Part shown: positions 21,591-31,943 of the stretch, one piece after another | Layout: every line of letters begins with the position of its first letter | Position numbering within the stretch: position 1 is the stretch's first letter | NCBI RefSeq assembly: GCF_000142905.1 | Contig: NW_013657626.1 | Span: forward strand, 62,001 to 126,000 | Length of the DNA stretch: 64,000 bases | Reading direction: 5' to 3' | Source of the DNA: Thecamonas trahens ATCC 50062 | Taxonomy: Eukaryota > Protista > Apusomonadida | Program-made: the position numbers and the translations under genes | Notes under the pieces: model-generated | The model's database searches: none | Seen by the model: only the letters and a program-made list of their open reading frames with translations | What the model was told of the DNA's origin: nothing

Positions 21591-23592
21591 TTAGGCGTCA
21601 GCCTGGGCCTCGCCAGCGGCGTGCTGGTTGAGGACGTTGACGGCCTCGGCGATCTTCTCCTGGAGAGCCTGCGACGACTCGAGGAGGTTGAGGAGCTCGC
21701 CGTTGTCCATCTCCAGAAGCATGCCAGTGATCTTGCCGGCAAGGCGCGGCTGGACAGGCTGGATGAGCGGGAAGAGACGCTCGCCAAGCATGGCCTTCTG
21801 CTCCTCGGCGAGGCGGCAGCGAGGACGGACGGGGTGAGCGGGTCCTGCTGGCCGGCGCCCTGAGCCTGCTGCTGGGCCTGCTGCGGCATGAGGACGGGCT
21901 GCTGGGCAGAGAGCGGCATCTGCGGCTGGCCCTGCGGGCCGCGGCCCATCATCATGTAGTTGGGCGCGCCACCCTGCATGGGGGCACCGCGGCCGGCGCC
22001 AGCGGGCGGCTGGCCCTGCTGCGGGAAGCGGGGGCGGGGCATGGACATCTGCTGCGGGTAGTCTGTCACCTGTGCTCCNNNNNNNNNNNNNNNNNNNNNN
22101 NNNNNNNNNNNNNNNNNNNNNNNNNNNNNNNNNNNNNNNNNNNNNNNNNNNNNNNNNNNNNNNNNNNNNNNNNNNNNNNNNNNNNNNNNNNNNNNNNNNN
22201 NGGGTGGGGGGGCCCCCGCGGCCGGGGCCCCAGGGGGGGGGGGGGGCCCCCTTTTTGGGGGAAAGGGGGAAAAAAAAACATGACCATTTGCTGGGGGTAG
22301 ACGCCAAAGTTGTTGCGCTGCGGGCCGGCGTAGAACATGGGGCCCTGGCCGGGGTAGGGCATGCCCGGCATGCCGGCACCCTGCTGCGGCATGCCGCGGG
22401 CAGGCGTGTGCTGCGAGTGCTGGGCCTCGAGCTTGGCGCGGCGGACCTCGCGGCGCTCGGCGAGGGCGACGTAGATGGGCTTGGAGCCGAGGATGCGCGA
22501 GGACATCTCTGAGACGGCGCGCGAGGCTTCCTCCTGGGTGGTGAAGCAGACAAAGCCGAAGCCGCGCGAGGCGCCCTCGGGCGTGCGCATGACCTTGGCC
22601 GACGAGATGGTGCCAAACTCGGCAAAGGCCTCGCGGAGGGCGTCATCGTCGATCGAGTCGTCGAGGTTCTTGACGTACAGGTTGATGCCCTGGTACTTGT
22701 TGAGGCGCTCCTGGCGGAGCTTCTCGAACTTCTTCTTGAGCTCCTTCTCACGCTCGGCCTTCTTCTGGGCGCGCGAGACAAAGAGCGTCTGCGTCTCCGC
22801 GGCGTCCTCGCCGTCGGCGGCAGCAGGAGCAGGGAGCTCCTGGCCGTTGAACTGGTCGACGGCGGCCTTGGCGGCCTCGGGCGTCTCAAAGTTGACAAAG
22901 CCAAAGCCGAGCGAAGCGCCCTCGGCGGAGCGGCGGACGACGGCCGAGGTGATGGTGCCAGCAGGCGTAAAGTGGGCCTCGAGCTTGGCCTCGTCCCAGT
23001 CGAGCGGGATGTTCTTGACGTACACGTTGGTGAACCGCTGCTCGCCCTGGGCGGCGGCGCGCTCCGAGCGCGGCACAAACTTGCCGACGTACACCTGCTT
23101 GTTGTTGAGCAGCATGCCGTTGAGCTTGGCAATGGCCTCGTCAGCGGCCTTCTGCGTCTCGTAGTGGACAAAGCCATAGCCGAGCGACTCGCCGGTCGAC
23201 TCGTTGATCATGACCTTGCACGAGAGGATGTTGCCAAAGGCCGAGAAAGCGTCGTAGAGCGACTTGTTGTCGATGTTCTTGTCGAGGTTCTTGATGAAGA
23301 TGTTGCCCACGCCCGACTTGCGGATGGTCGGGTCGCGGTGCGACCACATGATCCGGCACGGCTTGCCGCGGATGAGGGTGTAGTTCATGGTGTCGAGCGC
23401 ACGCTCGGCGTCGGCCACGTTGTGGAAGTTGACGTAGGCGTAGCCGAGCGAGCGGCGGGTCATGGCATCACGGCAGACACGGATGGACGAGACAGCGCCA
23501 ACAACGTTGAACAGGTCAAAGAGGAGGGCCTCGGAGATGTCAGCAGCGAGGTCGCCGACGTAGAGCGAAGGCGAAGCGTACGGCGTGTTCAT
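21591..23592 (-). CDS. PABPC: Cytoplasmic polyadenylate-binding protein (4 RRM + MLLE); interrupted by an N-gap and a 1-bp frameshift at ~21807
   Basis: [50 protein letters not shown]; MLLE domain [22 protein letters not shown]. Confidence 0.97.
22079..22201. other. Assembly gap (123 N), probably false
   Basis: N run whose two flanks appear to be versions of the same sequence (see findings). Confidence 0.95.
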
Positions 23593-24454
23593 CTTGGGGA
23601 TGGATGGAGGTTGGGATGGATTTTTTTGTCGGACGTCGAAAGTTACGTTCCTAGTCTTTGGTCGCGGAAGGGGCCTCAGTCAAGTGGCTTCCGGAAGGCA
23701 AAGAGAGGGAAGGGGAAGGGGTGAGGAGTCTGTTGTTCCTACACCAAACACTCAACGCGTTTCTGGTTTTTTGGAAGGGGGGAGGGGGGGTGCGTGTGCT
23801 TCGACGGGGTCGAAACAAGCAAGGGTAATTCGAGAGGGATGGCAAGCTTGATGACCGCCCGTGGATGGCGCCACGAACGCCACCACACCTGCCTGTCCGT
23901 CCTCCCACCCGTTCGCTCGTCCAATTGGACGATTCGTCGTTCGTTCGGCTGTTTATTGGCTGTCGAACGCGAAAGAGCCTTCCATGGAGAGAGTTCGTCG
24001 TCGACTCGCGTTCCCCTCCCCCCACCCCCCCTCCCCCCTTTCCCCTTGCAGGTTTGCGTGTCGATGTCCTCCCCCCTCCCTCTAACCGCATATCCACCAC
24101 TAGAACTGCCTTTGCCTGTCCACAGCAGGAAGCACATAGGGCAAGCTAAGCGATCGCAGCTCGTGTCGCCTGTCGTCATCGGAGCCCACGGCATGAGAGA
24201 CTTGCGCAAAATCTAGATCTCTGCTCATGCACATGTCCCGAACAACACACACACACTTGCACACACACATGCACACTCACACGCACATCCCCTCCCCTGC
24301 CCATCCATCACACCTGATCCTTTCCCCAGTCATCCCCATCACCGCCAATCATGAACCACACACAGCAGCACCCCACATCCGCGTTTCGAATCACTATACC
24401 TCCCCAGCACCTCTCCCTCCGCTCGCCTCACCTCGCCTCCCCCTCCTTTGTGGG

Positions 24455-25693
24455 ATGACCAGTACAGCACGGGCTCGGCTCATAGCCGACCTGCTTCCGG
24501 CTATCACAGCCGAGCCGCTGGCGGCGGAGCTCGCCATTGTTTTCTTCCACGCCGCGGTGTCTGCGCCTGGGCGGGCCACCCTCGTCGCCTCGCCCTTCCC
24601 GGCGGCTCTCCTCCGCACCCCGCTGACGGCTCGCGGCGGATACGCCCGGCTGCCGGCGGCACCGGTGCGCGGCGGTGCTGCGCCTGCCGGTGAGCCTGAT
24701 TGGGACCTCGCCCTGCGCACGCTCGGCAAGCTGCCGTCCATGTACGCCGTGGCGGCCGCCACGGGCGCGCAGGCGCTGATGCGCCTCTCGACAGCCGCTC
24801 TCCGGCTGCTCGCCTTTCTGCTCATCGGCGAGCCAGACGCGGCCCCGCTGCGCTTTGCGCTTGTTCGCAGCTGGCCGGCGCCTAGCTGCGCGGGTGTCGA
24901 CGGCGAGCTTGCCGCCGCGCTCGCCGAGCTCGCGCCGCACGCTGCCCGCGAGCTCGCCGCGGTAGTGCGGGTCGACCACGCCCGAGCTCACGGGTGGGAC
25001 GCCGACTGCGCCGCCCACGGCGTGAGCCTGGCCTTTCACGGCTCGCCGCTGGAGAACTTCCACTCAATTCTGCGCAACGGCTTTGATCTGGCCTACGCCC
25101 GCCGCGATGCCTTTGGCGCCGGCCTCTACTTTACCTCGCAGCTCTCGGTAGCAGCAGCCTTTGCGCCGGCCTTTCGTGGCGGTGCCGGCCGCTTCCGCCC
25201 CACCTCGCACCTGCCGCTCCCGCTCCGCATTGTTGCTGTCGTCCACATTGTCAACCATCCCTCGGTCGAGTGTGGTGCCCACAAGCGCTCCGCTGCCGCC
25301 GCGCTCCTCTCGCTCACGCCGCAGGTGCCCGAGTCGTACTTTATTGTCCGCGACACCTCCCTTGTCCGCGTCGTCGCCCTCCTTCTCTTTACAGCCCACC
25401 CGATCCCTGACCACGCCGCTCCGCTACTCGCATGGCGTGCTGCCGATGCCGATGCCGCGGCTGCGCGCCAGGTCGTCGGTCCGGCCGCTGCCGCCGCCTC
25501 GCAGGCTGCGCTCCCCGTCCCGGCCCACCCTGCCGCGCCTGCTGCCGCACCTTCTCTCGGTGGTGCCGCCATTGCCTCGCGCCTGCTCCTTGGCATTGTC
25601 GTGGCGTACACGGTCTGGCTTGTCGCCATGGCCTTGCTCTCGTCGACGGTTGCCGGCAAGCGCCTGCGTCGCGCGTTGCGCAAGTGGACGTGA
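24455..25693 (+). CDS. PARP16: PARP16/ARTD15-like tail-anchored mono-ADP-ribosyltransferase
   Basis: N-terminal PLAAEL..FF.AA..SPFP; AFHGSPLENFHSILRNG; FGAGLYFTSQLSVA; VPESYFIVRDTSLVRV (H-Y-Y triad); hydrophobic C-terminal helix followed by a basic tail. Confidence 0.85.
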   Translation: MTSTARARLIADLLPAITAEPLAAELAIVFFHAAVSAPGRATLVASPFPAALLRTPLTARGGYARLPAAPVRGGAAPAGEPDWDLALRTLGKLPSMYAVAAATGAQALMRLSTAALRLLAFLLIGEPDAAPLRFALVRSWPAPSCAGVDGELAAALAELAPHAARELAAVVRVDHARAHGWDADCAAHGVSLAFHGSPLENFHSILRNGFDLAYARRDAFGAGLYFTSQLSVAAAFAPAFRGGAGRFRPTSHLPLPLRIVAVVHIVNHPSVECGAHKRSAAAALLSLTPQVPESYFIVRDTSLVRVVALLLFTAHPIPDHAAPLLAWRAADADAAAARQVVGPAAAAASQAALPVPAHPAAPAAAPSLGGAAIASRLLLGIVVAYTVWLVAMALLSSTVAGKRLRRALRKWT

Positions 25694-25858
25694 CGAGCAT
25701 GCGGTGTTTGTGTGCCCGCGCGACTCAGACCTGATCGGTCGTTCAAGTGTGACGTCGCAGTAGTCTGTCGAGTGTTGTGTTGGTTGCAGGTACAGGCTGG
25801 CGAATTGGTGCACATGAACACCACTTGACTCGAATATCGTGCTGCTCATCACATCACG

Positions 25859-26404
25859 ATGGCCCATCCTGGTAAGGCGCACCCATGTCGCGATCTCCAG
25901 CTGTTCCTCTGGGGTGAGCAGAGCGAGTCCGAGATTGCGGCACAGCTTAGCGGCACGCTCGATGTCATTGCTGCCAGCGGCAGTGTCGTTCAGCCCGCGG
26001 AGGTCATTGATCAGGCCTTTATGGGCATGGTTGTCAATCGCATGACGGACAACGGCGCCGACCGCGATGTTGCCGCCACTACGGTGGCTGCGCACTGGCC
26101 GAGGTGCACTGTCGTAGGTCTCCATCTGCTCGAGCGCTACCTGACTGCGGACGCCTCTGCAAGCGCCAAGTACAACAACGCGAGGTCGGATGCTGACAAG
26201 GTCCTGTACTCTTCCTTTGCCCGCTGCGTCGCTCACAAGTACTGTGGCATGATCAACGTCCGCAAGCGCCGTGGCGACGTCCTCGTCTCCCTCACGGCCG
26301 CCGACGTCTTTGTTAGCCTCAACGCCAAGTTTGAGTCTGCGGGAGGGCCGAGCGGGCCTGTGTCGAGCGCGTCGGTGTCGTCGTCGACCTCGAGCTCGCA
26401 GTAA
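25859..26404 (+). CDS. Hypothetical protein, 181 aa, no recognisable domain
   Basis: ATG-initiated ORF with globular-looking composition and codon usage like its neighbours, filling an otherwise empty interval. Confidence 0.55.
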   Translation: MAHPGKAHPCRDLQLFLWGEQSESEIAAQLSGTLDVIAASGSVVQPAEVIDQAFMGMVVNRMTDNGADRDVAATTVAAHWPRCTVVGLHLLERYLTADASASAKYNNARSDADKVLYSSFARCVAHKYCGMINVRKRRGDVLVSLTAADVFVSLNAKFESAGGPSGPVSSASVSSSTSSSQ

Positions 26405-26714
26405 AGCCTGAGCTTGACCTGGGTGCCGGTTGCCTTGAGTCGAGGGCCAGCAGCCTTGGTAGCCTAGCAGGAAGGTGAGAGGGGGGAGGGATAGGGTCGC
26501 GGGCGTAGCGAGCGTGTACTGCATGTCGTGTACGGGTATGAGCAGAGACTTGGGTGGGGGAGGGGACGCGGATTGTGTACCCCCTTGGCCTTGTGTGCCC
26601 TAAGAGCGGAGACAGCGGTGTCGGGCAAGTCGCGCTACTGCCCGTCAACAACTTTGCCACGTCCAACTTCACTCCTATCACACAAACCTTGATCACCGAT
26701 GGGTGAAAATCCAC

Positions 26715-26857
26715 AAACTATAAATATATATATTTATCCTCACATTATTTTATATCAACTATAAAAATGACCAATATTTAGTAATTTTCACTCAACATAT
26801 ATATATACATATATTTTATCTGTCACATTTATATATATTTATAGTTGATCACATTTT
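26715..26857. other. AT-rich island (~83% AT) bounded by a 17-bp perfect inverted repeat
   Basis: Hand count of 24 G/C in 143 nt. AACTATAAATATATATA at 26716-26732 and its reverse complement at 26830-26846. Confidence 0.9.
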
Positions 26858-27187
26858 GTCACGGCGGATGTGGTCGTGCCGCCAATATATCACTGCTAGT
26901 CGCCATGCTCCGCAACCCGTCCCATCTCCTCACTTCCCCACCGCGCTCTCCTTCTCACAGACAACCCAGCCTTTACCGCTGACCATCTCCATGGCCTACT
27001 GCACCCATGCACCGCTACAGCACCTGACCACTCTGCTGCAGCCCGTAGTCCGTCCATGAGAGCAGGCTGACGCCGTCACGGCACATCCTCCCAACCACGC
27101 CCAACCGGCCGGCCTGACTTGCTAACGTTGCAAAGGAACAAAGAGCGGACACACTCGCACTCCTCACGACCTCATCGTCTCGGCACC

Positions 27188-27984
27188 ATGGCGTCTGGCT
27201 GCGGCTACACCGGTGTAATCACCATCGATGTCCACGAGGCGCGTAACCTCCTCTCCGGCGACGTGACCATGTCGTCCGACCCTGTACGTACCGTGCCGTC
27301 AGGAGCCACACCTGCACCTCAAGCAACGCACCTGCCCTCGCCCACTCACGCCATTCCCACGCACAGTACGTCGTCATCCGGGTCGGCGACCAAAAGGTCG
27401 AGACCGACGTGGTGCGGATGAGCAAATCGCCGACGTGGAACGCGCACTTTGAGCTCCACGCCTCCAACGATGGCCTCCTGCGGTTCGAGGTGTGGGACAA
27501 GGACACGGCGACCAGCGACGATGCACTCGGCCTGCTCGACATCCCGCTCTCGCAGCACATGTCGAACCAGGACGGCTGGTGCCGCCTTGACCGCCATCCC
27601 AAGCTCGACGCTGCCAACATCCCGGCCCGCATCAAGCACCTTGCGGGTGCCATCATGGACGGCGAGATGGTCTACGGCGACATCCGCCTCACCATTGCCT
27701 TTGACGGCGCCCATGGCCCTACCGTGCCTATCACAGGCGGAGGTGGTGGTGCTGGCCGCGGCTCGAGCGGTGGCGACTACTTTGGCGGCGGCGGCAGTGG
27801 CGAGTCTGGCCCTGGATCGGGCTCGGGATCGTACTCGTACTCGAGCGAGAGCGCCAACGGCTCCAAGCGCCGCGGTCGCCGCAAGCGCGGCGGTGGGCGT
27901 GGGCGTGGGCGCGGGCGCGGCAAGGGCAAGAACGGCAAGAGGGGCTCTGGCTCTAACTCCAGCTCCGGATCCGGCTCATCGTGA
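27188..27984 (+). CDS. Single C2-domain protein with a Gly/Ser/basic tail; exons 27188-27283 and 27367-27984
   Basis: ITIDVHEARNL..DVTMSSDP|YVVIRVG...SPTWNAHF...FEVWDKDTATSDDALG. GTACGT..CAG intron 27284-27366; Ca-binding Asp residues appear retained. Confidence 0.9.
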
Positions 27985-28140
27985 CCTCCCCCGCGCACCT
28001 CCGTACCCTTGCCGCTTTCTCCTCTTTTCTATCTCCAAAAATATACCCACTCGCCATGCCCTCCGCTGTCCCACCCAAGCCAAATCGCCCGCGACCTCCT
28101 GGCGCGCTGCCGCCCGTAGCATCTTTCGCCACTCCTCGCC

Positions 28141-29004
28141 ATGTCGTCCTCCGAGGGCCCCCGCCCACCTACACTCGCCAGCAAGCGGCGCAAGACGCTG
28201 ACTGGAGAGCCGACAGCCACGGCAAGCACAAGCACTGCGGCTGCGCCTGCCCGGCGCCGTCGTGCCGGTGCCGTAGGGCTCTCTGCCGGCGGCGGGCGGG
28301 CGACTCCGACGGCGCGGCTGCAGAGCGCGCGGGCCGAGGTGCCCAACGCCTTTGGCTCGCTGCATGTACTCGTTGTGGGCGACGACGGGGTGGGCAAGCG
28401 GACGCTGGCGGCGGCACTGCGCAGGCTCGAGGCCGCCGCCCAGCTCCCGGTCTCGCTGCGCATCTCGGTTCGCAGCAGCCTCGACAAGCCGGAGGCCTCA
28501 GGCAGCGGCGACAGCAGCGCCGCGCCTACCGAGCTGCGGCGAACCGACGTGGCGCGGGTGGACTTTGTCGTCCTGCTGGCGTCCATGGTCTCCACGGCCT
28601 CGTGGGTCGTTGTCTATGACATCCTCTCCGCTCTCTCGCTCGACTACCGCATGGGCAAGATCGCCGTCGTCGCCTCGCACACCGACGACCGCGCCCTCTA
28701 CGCTGTCTCGCGCTCCCATATCCGCGAGGTCGAGGACGCTTACGCCGCGCCCATCCTCCTCGGCTCGCTCATTTCCGAACTTGATGTCCAGGCAATCTGC
28801 ATCAACCTCTTCCAGCGCATGCTCGCCTCGCTCGGCTCCATCGGCTCCTCCACCGCCCCGCTCCTCCACGCCACCGCCCGCCCCTCCTCGCTCCTCGTCC
28901 CCTCTGCACACGAGGCCTGGATCCCTTTCAATCCCGAGTCGGCATACCCGCCTGTCGAGGTCGAGGACGAGCCGCCCGCTTCAACCTCTACCGCCGTCCG
29001 CTGA
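28141..29004 (+). CDS. CENPM: CENP-M-like kinetochore pseudo-GTPase
   Basis: Colinear match to remembered CENP-M blocks: VLVVG..TLA; LRISVRSSL..P; RVDFVVLL; GKIAVVAS; AVSRSHI...AY.APILLGSL; C-terminal ASLG..GS.TA.LL. Confidence 0.75.
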   Translation: MSSSEGPRPPTLASKRRKTLTGEPTATASTSTAAAPARRRRAGAVGLSAGGGRATPTARLQSARAEVPNAFGSLHVLVVGDDGVGKRTLAAALRRLEAAAQLPVSLRISVRSSLDKPEASGSGDSSAAPTELRRTDVARVDFVVLLASMVSTASWVVVYDILSALSLDYRMGKIAVVASHTDDRALYAVSRSHIREVEDAYAAPILLGSLISELDVQAICINLFQRMLASLGSIGSSTAPLLHATARPSSLLVPSAHEAWIPFNPESAYPPVEVEDEPPASTSTAVR

Positions 29005-29299
29005 TCGCACACCCGAGCATCCGCACCTGTCGCGTCCACCCCTTGAAGGGGATGAAACACCTTGTAACCTGGTACCGTACTGACCCCCCTCCCCTCCCCT
29101 CCCCTCCCTCCCCCTCTCTCCTCCACTTCCCTCTGGATCGGTTTATGAAAACCGCGGTCTGTACATGGCGGTCTCGGCAGCAGGTCAAATCCGGTTCGCG
29201 CTCTGCTCTGCCACACCACTCGGCCTAGCCTCACCATCAACTTGATCAGTCCTGTTTCCACCCCCGGGTGCAGCCTCGTCTCCGGCCGCAGCCACCTCA

Positions 29300-31609
29300 C
29301 TAGCGCCAGCGTCTGCTGTCGCGCGCAATAGCTCCCGTTCGGCCTTTTGCGCGCGAGCCACTTGCGCCGAAAGTCACCTCCAGATCCAACACCGACGGCA
29401 GGCTTGCGCTTTTGCTTTCGATCCTTGTCCTTGTCCTTGTCCTTGTCCTTCCCCTTGTCCTTTCTCTTCCCCTTGTTCTTCCCCTTCCCCTTGTCCTTCC
29501 CCTTTCTCTTGCGACGCTCATCCCCCGCCTGCGGCGGTCTTCGCTCGCTGCAGTGGGCGAGCTCGGCTCGACAGAGTCAGTTGGCGAGTATTCCGAACTT
29601 GGCGAGCTTGGCGAGGTCGGCGAAGACGGGCAGCAGGGGCTCATGGGCGAGGTCGGCGATGTTGGCAAGGCTGGCGATGAGAGCGGGCCAGACTGCGGCA
29701 CCGCACGCAGGTGGACTGGAAGCTCAAACGAGGTCCCAAAGCTATGCGAGAGAGAGCGGATGACCAGCGCCTCTTGGACGAGCGACGACGGCTCGTCTAG
29801 GAGATCCAGCTCGAGCAAGGTCATGATGTGGATGAGAAAGGCAATGTTGGCAGATCGCTCGGCCATGGACACACCTACCCGCTCGGCATCGCGAATAACA
29901 ACGGCAGCAACTCGATCGCCAAATCCTAGCCCGTCTCGGAGGTAAGTGACGGCGCCGGGGAGCTGCGCAAGCTGAAGCAAGAGCTCCAGGGCAAGCGTGT
30001 GGACGCAGTTGGCGAGCGGAAGCGCGAGGACAAGGTCTAGCGCAGCCTCGGGCACCGCCGAGTACAGCACGCCTGTGTTGATCACCCTCAGTCCAAGCCG
30101 GGTCACTGCCAAGACAAAGGCCAAGGCCTTGTACTCGGTCGTTCGCATGACCGGCGGCTCGCGCCCCAGCGGTGCGCGGATCGCGTTGCCCAGCTCGGGG
30201 AGCACGTCTTGAATTTCGGCCACCACCGGCGGAATCGCCATGTCTGCCGCTGCCCCGGACGAGTCGGCTGCATCGAGGCGCGCAACTCGACCTACCAGCT
30301 CAACGAGGTGAGTCGCCATCGCCAGCATGTTCTCCACACGCGCCGCCGCCTCGTAGTCCGGCACATCGGCCGATGAGCACTCAGCAAGTCCAGCGACAAC
30401 GTGCGCGATCAGACGCGATGCCACCGTCGGCGACCGCAGCGGCGTCAGCAGCGGCGACGGGGGTTTTCGCCGAACCGCAGCCGCTGTGGCACCGCGTCTG
30501 CCATAGGCAATGCCGTCAATGCCGTCTCGACGCGCAGCCGCGAGAGCGGTCGCATCGACGGCGGTGTCCGAAACGGTGATGGCGGCAACGTAGGCACCGC
30601 TGCAGGCGACGGCGATGCTGAAGGCGATGCAGATGGCGACGCCGGCGGCTCACTGCTCTTGCCCTCGACACCGTCATCCAGACCCAGCGTCGCATCGTCC
30701 ATAACCATGACCAGTGACGACCACAGATTGAGATGTTCGAGCTCCTCAATCATGATGTCGAGGAGGGAGAGCGAGGAGAGCCACTCCAGGAACGAGACGC
30801 ATGCCCGCCGCCCCTCAGCCCGCCCGCTCTCGGCCACATGAATGACGGCCTCAAGGAGCGACTGCGCCACGACAGGTTTGCGCTCCATGTACGCGAAAAG
30901 GCCGGCAAACCACCGCTCGCCGCGCGCGCGGATGTACGACAACACCCGCCGCGTCTTGGTCCGCAGCAGCACGTCGACCACCATCACCAAGCCAGGAAGC
31001 GGATCCCGGATCACCGCTTCCGCCGCGCCCCCACCCTCATCTGCTCTATCAGCACCGCCGTCTATGTGTGCCGCCTCATCAACCAGCCAGCCGATGAGCT
31101 CATCAAGCACCTCATTCGTAGACAGCGCCACCCGCAGCTGATCCGGGCAGGCACAGGCCCGTGACGGCGGGCAGGTGCACTCGCATGCCGCCAGCACCAG
31201 CCGCAGTGCCACCAGCCGCACATCCGTCGCCTGCGGCGGCATCTGCGTTCCCATAACCAGCCCCACCAGGCCAGCCACCGCCGCCGTCCGCGTCCCGAGA
31301 TACGTAATCAGCGCCATGTTCTTCACCTGCGCCTGCTGCACCACCACCTCCCGCTGCTCCAGCAGCTATCCCCCACCAGCCCATCCGCCCGACCAGCCAG
31401 GGACCAACCAGCCCAGCCCGTCCACCAGCCGACCACCCAGCCCGTCCGCCCTCCACCGTCCACGTCAGTCCCCGCCCGCACTCCGGCTGCACCCCCCCCC
31501 TTCCCCTCCCCCTCCCCTCCCCAACTCCCCGTACCTGCTCCAAGGTGGCATCCCCAGACTCAAGCAGGCGGTGGACCTCTGTCTTGAGGTTCCGTCGCCA
31601 GAACGCCAT
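29300..31609 (-). CDS. Divergent SIT4-associated protein / PP6 regulatory subunit (SAPS)-like; exon 1 31609-31535, exon 2 from 31365, frameshift at ~30460
   Basis: MAFWRR..TEVHRLLESGDATLEQ|LLEQREVVVQQAQVKNMALITYL matches the SAPS N-terminus. GTACGG..TAG intron 31534-31366. Downstream PSPLL and LDLVL..P.ANCVH blocks. Confidence 0.65.
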
Positions 31610-31696
31610 GGCCTCCTCCCCGCCACAGTGGCGCGCGAGTGGGCTGTGCCGCTCTGCCATCGCCGGCTGCCCACAGCTGCCCCCCCCCCCCCCCCC

Positions 31697-31818
31697 NNNN
31701 NNNNNNNNNNNNNNNNNNNNNNNNNNNNNNNNNNNNNNNNNNNNNNNNNNNNNNNNNNNNNNNNNNNNNNNNNNNNNNNNNNNNNNNNNNNNNNNNNNNN
31801 NNNNNNNNNNNNNNNNNN
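31697..31818. other. Assembly gap (122 N) flanked by poly-C
   Basis: N run. Confidence 0.95.
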
Positions 31819-31943
31819 CCCCCCCGCCTCCCCTCACCCACCCGCTCGCCGCCACTCTGTCGCCGCGCACTCCTTCCACTTCGGCACCCTCCAGAGTTTG
31901 ATCTTGCACGGGTACTGGTCCTCGCCCATGGCCACGGGTGCGG

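Noticed and set aside
26715-29004. Functional link between the AT island and the nearby CENP-M gene, or a yeast-type point centromere
   Set aside because: Proximity is likely coincidental, and there is no match to CDEI/CDEIII consensus.
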